Assembly (NCBI RefSeq): GCF_040807025.1
Contig: NC_090942.1
Coordinates: 204,246,640-204,310,639, forward strand
DNA from: Struthio camelus
Taxonomy: Eukaryota
Reading direction: 5' to 3'
Length of the DNA: 64,000 nt
Both the position numbers and the translations under genes were made by a program. Below are positions 1 to 12,833 of this stretch, piece after piece (the first letter of the stretch is position 1; each line of letters starts with the position of its first letter). The notes under the pieces were generated by a model. That model was given only the letters and a program-made list of their open reading frames with translations, was not told the DNA's origin and did not search any database.

Positions 1-834
1 TGAAATCAGTGTGGCCATCTTTAATGATTAAACCTGCAGTCTCACTAAACAGACATATGACAAAAACCAACACCAAACTTAACAAAATCCCCTTTCCACA
101 TAAACACATACTGAATACCAGGCAGCATAACCATTCCTTAACTTATTTTCTGAAGGGAAGTCTATAATCAGCAAATGTACTAAGCAAAGCACCTTTGGGG
201 ATGCAAAACAGCAGTCTGTCCGTCTTTCAGAAACGGGCTCATAATGCTCCCAAAGATCCTATGCTGTTAATCAAGCTTGGAGAAGGGAATCCTCAGAAGC
301 ACTGCCATTTACCAAATATATTTTCACAATTGTATATTTTTGCCAGAGTACCGTTAACCGCTTTCCAAGGTCTTATATATGCCACTCAACTTCAGGAAGC
401 AAGCTGATTACAATCTTTATTAGCATTTTACTTCACAGCCACATAAATAAGTAGCCTATATTCAAACACAGTAGTATACTTCCCCTGTTGCAATTTAACT
501 TAACCACATGCTTCTGATTCAGCATCAAACCACGTTCATCTGTCTGCCTTTCTTTCTTTTAACGGGGTCCCTCATCATATTAGCAACTAGTAACCCTCTT
601 ACTACAATCGCAGAACAATTTCCGTCGCAAGAGATCTCTGGAAGCCAACAAGCACAATCCCCTGTTCAATGCAGGTCCAACCAACCACATTAGGCTGCTC
701 AGCCATTTGCCAAGTCAAGTTTCAAGGATCTCCAAGGATGGATGTTGCATAGCTCCTCCAGACCATCCTCACAGCAAGAAATATTTTCCTAGTACCTAAT
801 CAGATTTCCCTATGTTCCAGCTTGTGTCCGCTAT

Positions 835-1390
835 CTCTTACCCTTTCGCTGTTCACCTCTGAGAAGGGTCTGACTCTGTCCACTCTACTCCCTCCCATTA
901 AGTAGGGTAGGCAGTGCTATGGTCAGCCCTGAGCCTTCTCTCCTCAAGTGGAACAAACCCAGCTCTCTCAGCCTCTCCTTGTACGTCCTGTGCTCTAGCC
1001 TCCTTATCATCTTCACGGCCCTTTGCTGGATCCACTCCAGTAGGTCCAGGTCTTGTCCTGGAGAGACTAAAACTGGACACAGCCCTCCAGATGCTGTCTC
1101 ACCAGTGCTGAGTAGAGGTGAAGAAATATCCCCCTCGATCCACTGGCTACGCTCTCGGATGAAGCTGCAAAAACTCTTTGCTGCAAAAACCGCTGAATTG
1201 TGTTCAACTTAACTTGTTCATGCGGTGCCCCATGTCCTTTTCTGCAAAGCTGCTTCCTAGTCAGTCAGCCCCTCGCCTGCCCCACAGTACAGGGTTGCTC
1301 CAGTCCAGATGCAGGACTTCTGAGTTAGCTACACAGTTATCATTACACCTTTGTAACTCCGGTACAAAGGAAGTCAGAAGTCCTTTTTAA
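835..1390 (-). mobile_element. CR1 (chicken repeat 1) LINE fragment, internal/3' portion, antisense. It lies in the region downstream of MPHOSPH8 exon 1, presumed to be intron 1.
   Basis: Region 930-1100 aligns with the CR1 copy at 19190-19330 in the same orientation (…cagctctctcagcctctcc…gtcttgtcctgg[ag]ag…ggacacag…ctccag…). Short overlapping ORFs on both strands are typical of a decayed LINE. Confidence 0.6.
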
Positions 1391-3189
1391 TTAATTGAGA
1401 AAGCTGGCTAAAATAAAGTCTAATGTAAATGTAAGTCTTTCAGTTTACATTACATTTAAGAAACCAAAGTGAGACTATTCAGCTGTTGAATGACTGTGTT
1501 CAGTACACACATGAATGATACAAAATTGCAGCTTATCAAAGAGAATTAAATGAAAAAAAGAGATTGATGTTCATCATACTAAAGATGCAGGGACTTTCAC
1601 TCATCTGCCAAAATTATTTTACACATATCATTATTTGTTCTGTCACTTACAAACGGTAGAATATTTTAAAACATTTTTATACTGCTGTAGTTCCTATGAG
1701 AGTTAGTCATGGCCCAAATCAACTCTTACAGAAAGAGGATACCGCCACGTAATTAAAGAGTAAAATTAAGGTTACCTGCTTATACGCTATGCCACAATTT
1801 GTCTTGGAGCCTGTTATTGTAGAAGAATTTTTGAACAGTACAAGCAGCTTTCTAGGCATACAAAAGAGGAACATTCCCAAACTTTTGTTGCCAACTGTCT
1901 TAAAGAGGACACCTCAACGTTTCATCCATCAGTAGGTCCAACTTCCCAGCCCAATCCCATTCTGGGAGCACTGGCTCTCTCCACCAGCTCCAGCAGCGTC
2001 AGGGCAGGGAATAACAACAGCTTCTCCGGGCAGCGCCGTACAACTGGCCGTACACTCAAGTCAGCCCTGTCCAGCACAGCCGACCTGCTCAGGCCACATA
2101 TCCTGCTTGGAAACCTGCAAGCTGGGAACCTCCTGTTAAACGCAGACTACGTTAAACGTATGCTACTGAATATAACTTTTTTTCAGTTCCGCATACCCAA
2201 CAGTATATAGCTCAGGACCTGCTACAGAATAAGCTGTTTACAGGAAGAAGGTGGCAGAAAAAGGGAGTAGGAGATGCCTGTCAGCACATAAAACTTTCTG
2301 GTTTTTTTTAGAAAAAGAAAGGACTGTATTCCAAGTACACCGATGTTCTTTAGAAGCGCGTGCAGTGGTTTGACTCTCCAATACACACGTTTTACGCTCC
2401 ATCCTTGTAACGGAAGGGTACTATTGCATTTAAGCCTGACTTACTATTTGGATCAACGACTTGTAGACAAAACTACAAATATTATCTCTGAAGCATAACA
2501 TTCTTAAGGCATCAGTACACAATCTAACTGTGACAGCATCGTGAACATATAAAAAAATTCTTGGTCCAAAGGTTCTCTGACCTGAGTTTCAAAATCTTGA
2601 TACACTAAGCAGGCAGACTTCTATACCACCATGTGTTTGACTGAAGCCTAAAGTCACACTAATAAATTAGTTAAAATAAACAACTTGCAAACACAGACTC
2701 ATTTGTTATTTTTTGCATTTGAAGTTTATGAAGTTTTAGAAAAATTTCAACCAATTCAGGCTGCTTTCAAAGAAGGAAGAGAACAACGTATGATCTTTCT
2801 CTCTGAAGAAAGAGAGGAGGGGCAATATAGTTAGTTATTTTAACTGAAAGAAAGTCTCTCTGCCTATAAGGCTTTCACAGATTTTATATGCCAGTATCGT
2901 TTCTCAGTAAATATACTTTTAAACTACTTCAAGTTCTTCACTACATTCAAGCCTGCACATTTCAGCACTCTAAGCCTACATCAAAACATAATCATAGGTC
3001 AGGCAGAAGAGCAAAGAGTAGTTTAACACTACAAGGAAAAAGAAAAAGGAGGAAAGATATTTTAAATATGTCTTACCTCAAGTTAAAAAAAAAAAAAGCT
3101 TCCTTGCATAGCTGCTACCGTTTTAAGTTACAGTTATAACGGAACTGCACTTTTCGCGTGTTTTTGGTGAAGTAAAGAAGAAACGGGCA

Positions 3190-4230
3190 GGAAAAGCTGC
3201 CTGAAACATCACTCGCTACCTGTGCAGCCTGCAAAGCCTGGCTGCAGAGAAAGCGAGGGAGAGCACCACGCGACCAAGCCCACCGGGCCGGCCCTGCTGC
3301 CAGCGCAGGCAGGCGGCCGCCCCGGCCCGCCGCGCTCCCGGGCGCCTTCCCGGCGGCAGGGCAGCCCGAGCGCCGGGAGCCGCCGGCCCCGCCGGGCCGC
3401 AGGGCTGCGCGCCAGCCCGCCCAGGCACCCGGCCCCGCCGCGGGGAGGGCGGCCGTGACAGGCGGCGGCGGCGGCGCCACCGCCGCGCACTCACCCCCTC
3501 GGTCTTCACGTCCAGGATCTTCTCCACCTCGAACACGTCCTCCTCCTCCTCCTCGCTCTCGCCGCCGGCCGCCGCGCCCGCCGCCTTGCCAGACCCGCCG
3601 CCGCCGCCGTCTTCCTCCTCGTCCTCCTCGTCCTCGGCCGCAGCCGCCGTCTCCTCCTCTTCCGCCGCCCCCTCCAGCCTGGCCGCTGCTGCCGCCGCCG
3701 CCGCCGCCGCCTCTGCGCCTCTCTCGGCCGCCGCCGCCATCTTGGGCCGAATTTCAAACGACAACGGGGAAAAGCGGCTGCGACATCCACCGCCGGGCGA
3801 GGAGGCGGCGGGGCGGCCGCCGCAGCCAATCGGCGCCCCGCCAGCCCGTGACGCACGGAGGCGGGGCCCAAGCCTAGGGGCCTCCGTGCCCTCAGCCTGG
3901 CAGCTGGGTGCGGCCAATGAGCGGCGCTGGCGGCGGGGCCGTGACAGGGGGCGGCCGCCGCGTCTGCAGCCGCCGCCGGGCGGGCGGGGGCGGCGGTCAG
4001 CGCCGGGCCCCGCGCGGCGGCTCCCGGGGGCCCCCGGCCCGCCCTTCCCGAGTGCGAGCGATCGCTGAGGAGCGGCCCGGCTGCCCGCTCCCGCCCGCAC
4101 CCCTGGCGCAACGCGCGGCGGGCAGGGCCCCCCCTGGGGACAGGAAGCCCTTCGCGGCAGCCACGTACTGTTTCAGTTTCTGGGGCAGTGGCCCGTCGCC
4201 GGGGAGAGGAGGGCACTCAGCCCTAACGGC
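3190..4230. promoter_or_regulatory. MPHOSPH8: CpG island / promoter of MPHOSPH8 (minus strand). It has Sp1-like GC boxes and CCAAT boxes (gccaatcgg ~3823-3831, ggccaatgag ~3913-3922) upstream of the ATG.
   Basis: About 1 kb of >75% GC with dense CpG and (GCC)n/(GCG)n runs. It contains the first coding exon. Long overlapping ORFs on all frames here are GC artefacts. Confidence 0.75.
3495..3740 (-). CDS. MPHOSPH8: MPHOSPH8 (M-phase phosphoprotein 8, MPP8) coding exon 1. It runs from the ATG at 3740 through an acidic/poly-Ala N-terminus to the start of the chromodomain (…EEEEEDVFEVEKILDVKTEG). The donor GTGAGT is at 3494-3489.
   Basis: Revcomp translation gives MAAAAERGAEAAAAAAAAAARLEGAAEEEETAAAAEDEEDEEEDGGGGGSGKAAGAAAGGESEEEEEDVFEVEKILDVKTEG|gtgagt. 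The EDVFEVEKILD[M/V]KTEG motif is the MPP8 chromodomain start, and exon 1 ends after TEG as in mammals. Exon 2 (GKVLYKVRWKG…) was not found in 1-3494. Confidence 0.8.
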
Positions 4231-7200
4231 GTAGCGAAAGCAGGGTTTTGTATTCGCACTGTTGACCTTTCTGCCAAGAGATGGAAGTGCCCAGACGAGG
4301 TTGCCTTGCCCAAATGAAAAGACAGAGCGCGTTTGATTATCCAGGCACAGAGATACTCTTCAGCTGCAGAGGCACGAGGGTTTGGGGAGACGCACAAAAG
4401 ACACGTATATAAACGCCTCAGGAAGAGCTAGGCGGTCCCACTGGCAAACGGGCTTTCTCACTAGGGAAATAAAAAACCCCTTTGAATATCATAGTATTTT
4501 GCATCTTAAAAACAGGTGTGCCTGCCTATGGGAAATTATTTTGTGTAATACACACGAGGAAAAAGAATAACCTTTTTTTGTGAGAAAAAGCAAAGAAACC
4601 CCATCCTAGTTGCTTGTTTAACTGCCTTTCCTAGTGCTAGAGGGTTAACGTATCCCAGAAACTGTTTCTTACAGAACGCGCATCACTTAAATGAAAGTCA
4701 GGCTTCAGTATGAACGTATGCACTCTGAAAGCGCCTGTACAGGCTGCATTGCTACAACAGTGAAAATGCAAGGTGTCACTATTTAAGTAATTTAACGGCA
4801 ATGAAGGGGAAAAAAAAATCTTTCATTCAGATTTTTGCCAATGCTCCCTTTCTAAGGTGACTCAGTCATCAGTTGACCAAAGACTTAACAGCAGATTTAG
4901 AAGCTGGTCTATCATTGTATAAATTCAGGAGTCTTTCTAGGTCTTAAGACACAGATATCCTCTTCCTTTTCAAAAAAAGTGCAATGCAACTCTTTCATTA
5001 TTTACAGATGTGAAAACAAGGATTCAAAGCATTGTAGAATAGAAGGATCTCAGGATCTCTTCTTAGCAACTGCCTGTACTTACGCAGGATCAAGTTTATC
5101 TACTCCACCCACTGGAGATATTAAGCAATGCTTAACTTCTCATGAAAACACCTATGAAGGAGATTGCAGTTTGTTGCTCTATTATTGCTGGAAACCACTT
5201 CATGTTTCCTAGGGCAAGGTAACATGCTACCCATGGTGGCTGTTGAATCTGCTGCTTGAGTATTTTCAAGAAATGGTTGGACAAACAACAGAAGAGTATG
5301 CGCCGTACACACTTGATCCGGCCTCAGTGCCTGCAATTGTACCAAGTCCCTAGCTGAAGTTCCTCAGACCACAAAGTACCAGGCTATCATTCTGCACAGC
5401 TGTTAATCTAGAAGATATTCAGATGTCCATTTAAACACCTGGCAAGAAGTACATTAAATTAAATCACTTTTACTGTAGTTTTGTTACTAGGCTTCAGTAT
5501 TTGGCCCGGTTTGAAATAACGTTAGTCAGTCAGCTTTTTTCTTGGGATAAAATCAGAATACAGAGTAACAGCAGAATAGAGAGGGACCCCGTTCATTCTC
5601 CAGAACTGACCTATGTATTCACAAAATTGACCTATGACTGGTAAGAAAAGCAGTGCAGGAGAAAAGTAACTGTTCTGCTGTTTATATTTCAAGGCATCCT
5701 GAATGAGTTACAAAACCAATTGAAAACACTGATACGTTACAAAGACATTTATTACTTCTTCCTTAACGACATTCTAATACCTGTCCAAACATGCACTGCA
5801 GTATTTTTCAATTGAGTTGCTATTACATTACACTTTATTTACACAGTACCATTACTGAAGTATATAAGAGTTTGGAAGAAATCAAGACATCCAAGACATT
5901 ATAAAAGCACTAATAATGTGCAGTGCACCACAGAGATTAATGTCAAATAATTAATTCAGGTATTCAACGGAGTTACAGATAAGTTTACTCCTACTAAAAT
6001 ACTACATACATACAATTAAGACTTATTAGAAAATTCCTTATCTCCATACCTTTAATTGAAGCCTAACGAAAATTATTGTTCAACAATAATAGAGGATCAA
6101 ATGTCTTCATTTAAAACATTTTATGCAATATTGCAAGGAAAGCTAACTGCTGTTTAATCTTAAAGAATTGTGATGTGATTAAATATTTTAATAAGATAGA
6201 GAATTGATGCTAGTTAAACTGGATACCCAATATGTTCTTGGTGGCAGAATCCCAGTCCTTCCCAAGTTCAAGTCGATAGCAAATAGCTGGAAACCGTCTG
6301 TCCACTCTTCTTACCCACTCTACTGCTTTCTTGATCAACTCAAAAGCCCAATGAACAACACTGTGGGTCGAAATAAAGCTTTATTATAATAAAAATCTTG
6401 TAAATCCCCCAAAGAAGCAAAAAGACATTTTCTTCTAACTACAGTCATTTGAAAGAGAAAATTATCTAGAGCACAACAAGCCAGCCTGTATATAATATCT
6501 GATATAGAAAAATCTGTTCCTCCCCTCGCCTGCCTGCCCCCTGCCCCCCCCCCCCCCGGATCTTTTCGGCAGCTTCCACATGGAAAGTATGTAGACTTAT
6601 GAAAGACTACAAAGGGTAAGGTTCAACAGACACAAGTTACATTAAGGAAAAGTCTGATAGACTTTTTTCTTCCTAATTTCCAAAATAAGTGTAGTTAAAC
6701 ACTGGCACAAATTGCCCAGAAAAGTGGTGGAATCTCCATCCTTAAAAGTATCCCAAACTCAGCTGGGCAAGATCCTGAACATTTTGCAAACATTTTGTAA
6801 AGCATTCCCTCCTTCATCCATCCTCTTAGAAGAGGCCATATGCCACCAATATCATTAATATTTTCCATTCCCTTTTCTAAGCCATATGCTGTAGCATAGT
6901 CATTGACTTTCCATAATAATCTTCTGTATGTTGAAATATTAGTACATTAAATTATGAGACCATATTCAAAAGCACACCTTGAGGTTGATAAATCATCCAG
7001 TTTCATCAGTGATTTGAAGACTATCCCTTTCAGTTGCTGCGAGCAACGTATGAACTGTAGCACAAGAAGAGTAGCAATCAACTGCAGTATCTTTTCTTTT
7101 CCATTGTGACCTAAGGAACAAGAGAAGGGAAGTAGTATTCCTATTTAAAAGATCTCCTCAGCAGAAAAAGTACTTTCCACAAAGTACTCTGTAGCATTTT

Positions 7201-9348
7201 AACACAGAAGTTGTCCTGATACTGCTTAATTGTTTGACTATACCATCACTACTATCACCAGTATTCACATTACTGATTTGGAAGACATGCTCCTGGCTTT
7301 CAAACTTAAACTTGGTAACGCTCTCTTGGGATTTCTGCAGTTTGTGTTTGCTTTGGTTGTAATCTCCTTTGATTTTAAGGCATACAATAATGGAAAACTT
7401 GTAAGACTTTTGTCCTTTGATGAAGCATTGCGTCCTCTAATAACTCTGAAAGAAAACTTTATTTAAAAAAAAAAACCAAAACAACAAAACTATCTGCTGA
7501 CAGCAAAGAGCTACAACATACAGAATGGAACTGCAGGCAAAGTGTGTATAAGCAGAATGTATACTGCATGCTGGAGACAGTGGTGGAGGAACAGAATTAT
7601 ATAAATACTATTCATAGTATTTGAAGTGTGAAAAGCAGACGCAGTCTCAGTCTCTCTCCTAGGAGAGACTTTCCTTCCTTTTTCTTATCCAATTAGACTT
7701 TAATACTTTAATATAGCAGATACAGTAACTGAGACAAAAGAACCTCTACCACTGTGCCAGTTATCTCACATCCTCCCCATATTCCTACCGGAGATGTCCT
7801 TAGCAATCGGGACACTATATTGTCAGAGAAGTTGAGAAGAAATTGTATTATTAAAACTAGATCCTTGTGGAACAATTTAAGTTAGAGATCCATTTAAATT
7901 CTGGGCATACCTTAGCAAAAGTTCCTCTAGACATACAGCGTAATTACACCTAAAAATATGAAAAGTGATGCAATTTACTGATTTTTAAATGAGAGAGAAT
8001 TATTTACCAAGTGACTGAATGCCTTTTCCAATAAGGAAGTCATTAATTAAATAATCAACATCAAATTTCAAGATTTTTCCCAACTGTGGACTGAGATTCC
8101 AAGAGCCATCCTATGGAATAAACAAAGATATGGATAAGCCAAGATTCACGACACTCAAAACGTATTTGATAGGAATAAAATAACAGACAGAAAAATTATT
8201 CAAAAATAATCAAAAAGCTTACAAAAACTCACAAGCTGAAATCCACACGATCAACTTAAGTGATTCAAATATTAAACGTCAAAAGCATTTGATACATTGA
8301 AAGTTTGCAATTGACCTGGATTGCTATAGCTAGCCTGTCTTGTAAAAAACCCTCAGAGTCATTCACAAATCACTCACATACAAAGTAAGCACAATGACAA
8401 CATTAACCTAGTCAAAATTCATTTCAGGCAAATTCTTTCTGAAAAACTATTTTTAAAAGGTGCTCAAAAATGAGCATTCCTCTAATCCCAAATGAACAGT
8501 AAAAGAGCTCTGCTAGAAATACAGTCTCTATGAAATTATTGTTTACTATTCATGTTGTTAAACACAACATTACCAAAATCAATCCTATTTTATCTGACTT
8601 CCCCTTTCAAAAAAATCAGAGAACTCTGATGGATTAAAATTATTTGCTAAACAGTTCGCTCATCTCAAACCAGAGGGAAGTCAGGCTTTCAACAGGATTC
8701 AACTACTTCTTCAACTACTTATTATTTAATGTCAAATACTTAATAGGTTCAGCCTTCTGGAACTCTGTCCTATCAGCTTAATCTGCAGGCATAAATAATT
8801 TACAGATTCATTTAAGGTATTTTAAAAATAATATATGATTTAAAATACCTATTTAGGTACTATACATCTAATTATCTAAAAAGTGAGATTCTATTGGAAT
8901 ATTATACCTAACTAGCGTAAAAAAAAACTATAGCTTATTGGAAACTTTTTTTCTTTCTAAAGCTCAACAATAGGCAATTCTGTTGAAAAGGACAGGAAAT
9001 CTTGAGGCGTGCTTTGGGAGTTGAATCCCACAAGAGTTGGTCACATGAATATTACTTAGTATCTTTCTGCGTGGCATGTGGTAATAGTTCAGTATTTAGA
9101 AGTTATTTGATGGAATCTCCTGTCAGAAATACAGGACAAACATGTGCATCTTCTTGATGCAGTAATTCCCTACTTTCACATTGAAACCTTATACGTAAAA
9201 TAAAGCAAAGATAATTACTCACGGCGGAAGCAGAGCATTGTGTTTAAAAAAAAAAAAAAAAGACAAAAAGGACAAAAAGGCATGAGGACACACATACTAG
9301 ATGTCCTCTCTTGCACAAAGGTACTGGAAGATGAGGCAGCTGGAAGCC

Positions 9349-9354
9349 TTTATT
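9349..9354 (-). terminator. PARP4: Poly(A) signal AATAAA for PARP4 (minus strand), 23 nt after the stop. The predicted cleavage site is at about 9325-9335, giving a very short 3'UTR.
   Basis: The minus strand reads ccaATAAAggc right after the terminal coding exon, and a T/GT-rich tract follows. Confidence 0.5.
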
Positions 9355-9376
9355 GGATCTGGTGCATAGGGGACAC

Positions 9377-9501
9377 TCAGAGCACAAGGGAATTCAACAA
9401 ACCACTAGGTGCCTCTGCCCAGAAGTGACAGGAGTCTCCACTGAAGGCATCCCATGGCAGCTTCTTCAGTTGGATCAGATAATACTCCCCTAAACTTCCT
9501 T
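9377..9501 (-). CDS. PARP4: PARP4 terminal coding exon (phase 1 in, TGA stop at 9379-9377): (E)GSLGEYYLIQLKKLPWDAFSGDSCHFWAEAPSGLLNSLVL*. An alternative acceptor lies at 9489.
   Basis: It is similar to the human C-terminal region (…MLVLQFIRTRL…IPWAFEAI…DWDSATKQLLGLQP). The frame continues from the previous exon, and the stop is followed by AATAAA. The acceptor is weak (aataaacag|), so the start is uncertain. Confidence 0.5.
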
Positions 9502-9687
9502 CTGTTTATTACTTACAGATATTTACTGTATAACCTACTCTCTGATTATTGCTCACCTCCTCACTGCATACCCCTGATTTGGTAAGCTTGAGAAATTGGC
9601 AGGTGGTCAGTTATGCAAAATGGGGACTTCTCCCACCACAAGGGGTATACCGAAACAGCAAGGCAAAAGTTCGCTTGCTAACGTTAC

Positions 9688-9829
9688 CTGCTTGGCCCAA
9701 GCACACATTTGTGCTGTGATTCCTACGTGCAGGATTCTTGATAGTACCGTTTAATTCCGGTCTCCTAGCAGCTGATCTGATTGCCCACTGGAAAGGGGGT
9801 CCTGCTGCAACATCGCTCAGTCCAGTCAC
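9688..9829 (-). CDS. PARP4: PARP4 coding exon (phase 0 in, phase 1 out): VTGLSDVAAGPPFQWAIRSAARRPELNGTIKNPARRNHSTNVCLGQA.
   Basis: Acceptor gggctttag|gtg and donor cag|gtaacg. It shows weak similarity to human …DGFWKLTPELGLILNLNTNG…SLGVKG and is phase-consistent with the neighbouring exons. Confidence 0.5.
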
Positions 9830-10288
9830 CTAAAGCCCAGCTACTTCTTACTTTCTTGCATAATGTGCAATATTTGCTATCGCTCAGTAATGAAATCTCA
9901 GAGACATGTACTCTGGAGATGCATTTACTTACTTAGCACTTCCTTAGTACTTGGACTTAGCTTCCACCAAGTGTTCTTACACTTGCCTCAGGAAGTCCTC
10001 AAGCTCCAAACTGATGGAGGCTGTAAGAAGCTTCTGAAGATGCATCACACTACGTGTTGGCCCTGATTTTACACTGTTCCTTAAGCATCCGTTTTTGGGT
10101 TGCCCACGATAGCAACAAAAGTTAGCATGATTTTGATCTCATCACGCACTTTGCGAAATCAGTTTATAAAGCACAGGAAAAAAAAAAGGCATTTAAAAAA
10201 TGTTTATCTCAGGACAGGACTGAAATAAAGATAATTTTTCCTTCTACTTGTATCTTATTTTTAAGAAAAGCACAAATGGTTACTGTAC

Positions 10289-10387
10289 CTGATTTTGGAG
10301 GTCAAAAATTTCATTCCAGTTTACAGAAGCAAAGGGTTTTTGTTTAATGAACTCTTTCTGGGTTGTTATAGAACACTCTACTTTTTC
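10289..10387 (-). CDS. PARP4: PARP4 coding exon (phase 0/0): EKVECSITTQKEFIKQKPFASVNWNEIFDLQNQ.
   Basis: Acceptor tttgttcag|gaa and donor cag|gtacag. It is similar to human …EIVCTQHWQDAVPWTELLSLQTE, with an open frame and consistent phase. Confidence 0.55.
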
Positions 10388-10875
10388 CTGAACAAACATA
10401 AGAAGAAATTATTTTTTATGAATTATCTTTATGTATAAGTTTTATTTATATTTAAATAGCTATAGGTATATATTATCTATATATTATAAAATACTATATT
10501 ATTTATAAATTTTTATAAATAATAAAATCTAATTCTATCACTATCCATGCAGCTACTACTTCATGACACAAAGTAGTTCCCATTTAAAAGTTGCCTATTA
10601 ATATTATCGTGCTGGTAAGGAACGGGTGGCAGATTTCAGACCATATATTTATCACTTTAAAAAGAACAGTTAAAAAAAAAGTCTGTATTTCAAGTTCAGA
10701 ATTCTTGAACTGGAAAGCACCCTTACTACCTGCTTTATAGTGGTTTTTTTTTGGCTGTATATCCATGAATCTTGAAATACAAATATTTAAGGCACCTCTT
10801 AGCTTAATGTAAGCTGGATCTCAGTACAACATGTGTAGCATCCTCCATATAAAAGAATCCTAATAAAAGACTTAC

Positions 10876-11553
10876 GACATCCTTAACTCCTCCAGTAAAT
10901 CCTTCTTCAGCAGCCGTAACACCATGCCAAACTACTGCACTTTGTGGACTCCCTAGTGGGAGCAGTGCCCCTGGTAACGATGCTATTCCACAAGCTTGTA
11001 AAAGAGGAAATCTGGGAATAACTAGTTTTTCAAAATTAGTCTTTTCAGAAGTTGTGCCTGGAGGAGTAGGTGAACTAAATATTCCAGAACTCTGTACCTG
11101 AGCAACAGGAAAATAACGATGCTGTTCAGAAAATGGAGGAAGACTTGGAGGAGAAGAGAGAGAGAGAAGCTTAGGGGCATCCAGAGAACGGTGTGACTTC
11201 TTCTTATGTGATCTTCTACAAGTCTGAGCAGTTTTTGCTTTGGCCTCAGATTCAAAAACAAATAAGGAGAAAGCTTCACCAGCATGCAGATGATGAACGT
11301 CATCTGGCGAAGATGACCTTGTTCCTGAAGATCTCCCCTTTGTGAAGTCATCAAAAAAACCCAAATTTGTCTCAAAATTGAGACTATCAAGTTCAGGAAC
11401 ATTTGCAAAGCTCTGTCCTCCCATCATTTTTGGTGAGATGCTCTCTTGAAAAACAAGAACTTCTTTTTCGGCCTGAAATTCAAAGCTTTTAGGTTCATCC
11501 CTCCCACTTATGAAAGCATTTGAACAAACATCAGCTCCTTCTGCAAAACAAAC
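10876..11553 (-). CDS. PARP4: PARP4 large Pro/Ser-rich exon (678 nt, phase 0/0): VCFAEGADVCSNAFISGRDEPKSFEFQAEKE … RSHKKKSHRSLDAPKLLSLSSPPSLPPFSEQ … SAVVWHGVTAAEEGFTGGVKDV. The donor is gat gtc|gtaagt.
   Basis: This is the 226-codon part of the 258-aa minus-strand ORF at 10804..11580. It is a low-complexity basic/Pro/Ser region that aligns with the long disordered exon of human PARP4 (…SKRKHRKIPFSKRK…PP…). The alternative acceptor at 11541 would break the phase. Confidence 0.7.
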
Positions 11554-12833
11554 CTGTTTAGGGAATTTACAAGGAAACAAAATAATTCTAGAGTTAGTGG
11601 CACATTTTCCTCTTTTTAATCAAAACTGTATTTATTATGCACAGTATAATTATACTGTCATTCATAGGTTCAGAAGGAAAGTAAAATACCAGTTAAACTA
11701 AAAAATTCTTATCACAGTCTACCTTACATTGGCCAAATGTGGAGTAACATTTGTCTCTGACAAAACATGAGCAGGGAGTTATTTCACATTATTTACACAA
11801 AAATGACGAAAATGACAATCATCAGCATCATGATGATTAGGAGCCAAAAGAAGTTCCATTGCACAATGCCATTGAACATATACAGAGGATAGATCTACAC
11901 GTATACAGAGGACAGATCTACACAAAGTGAAACATGGATACTGCTTACGCTGACTCAAGCTGGGAAGTCCACATGATGTACAGCAATTCTGGTACATGTA
12001 CCAGACGAGGTACAGCAGCCACTGCCTACAAGCTAGTGAGCCTGGGCTATATTGCCACCATAAGCCAATGTAGATGTCTATACACTCTACTCCCTGGGAA
12101 TTCTTGGGCCAGAAGACAGGGAAAAATCGCTTTATATGAGTTCATCTAAGTTATAATAGCCACACCCAGGGACAGTTCTATGTAGTCGACAATCTCAATA
12201 CATTACAGACTCCAGTTAAGACTATGTTCCTCAGTCATTTTAAGTGTACATCATCTTCACGCACAACATAATTTAGTAGACAAACAGTGATTCGAGTCAC
12301 CTGCGTAAAATTTGTAGATGTAAAACTTTAACTCATTATGACTCCACAGGCTGACAAAATTATACCTGCTGGATAACTGATTCAGCCATCTCTTGTGGTT
12401 TCCATAGTCAAGAGCGATCATAGCCAGCAAACATCCTAGTTTCTTTGTTCAACTTTCTCTTATTGCCTCCCATCTCCCCATGGGGTCCCTTATTAAAGGG
12501 TTCTTTGTAATTCCTCCTTTCCCCAAAGTAAGCCTGCCTTTCCACATTTCATTTACTCTGGGCTACAGATTCTCAACAGAAACTGTCCCATTGCACATCA
12601 GCAATATTTCCCCTTCTTTCAGTCATGCTTACCTCCCATCTCCAGTTATCTCTTTGCTTTGGCTGTGTCCCCCTGCTAGTGGGGACTTAGTTATGGAGCA
12701 AAAGCTTGATCTTCCTTAAAAACTGAACGGACTTCATGAATTACTACTAAATGTTATCACATACAGTACAGCACCACAACTGGATAACAAACCAAAAAAG
12801 TTACCAATAAGAACACAAATCAAATGTAGTTAC

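Noticed and set aside
3115-4234. Multiple long ORFs on both strands and in several frames inside the MPHOSPH8 CpG island, e.g. 3216..4100- (294 aa), 3506..4216- (236 aa), 3586..4068+, 3455..3877+.
   Set aside because: This is extreme GC and Pro/Ala/Arg/Gly low-complexity sequence in all frames simultaneously, the classic CpG-island ORF artefact. Only the MAAAAE…VKTEG segment (3495..3740-) has protein homology (MPP8) and a splice donor.
10420-10540. AT-rich low-complexity block (ttatatat/tataaa-type) considered as a possible regulatory or satellite element.
   Set aside because: Simple AT-rich microsatellite-like sequence inside an intron, with no higher-order periodicity.
10584-10766. Minus ORF containing KGAFQFKNSELEIQ, resembling a human PARP4 C-terminal segment.
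   Set aside because: I could not find an acceptor/donor pair that keeps it in frame with neighbouring exons, since the only strong donor (cag|gtagta at ~10719) lies upstream of the similar residues. It is left out of the model but flagged as a possible missed exon.
11022-11408. 128-aa ORF overlapping the large PARP4 exon in another frame.
   Set aside because: It lies fully inside the PARP4 Pro/Ser-rich exon in a different frame and has no homology, so it is a chance ORF.
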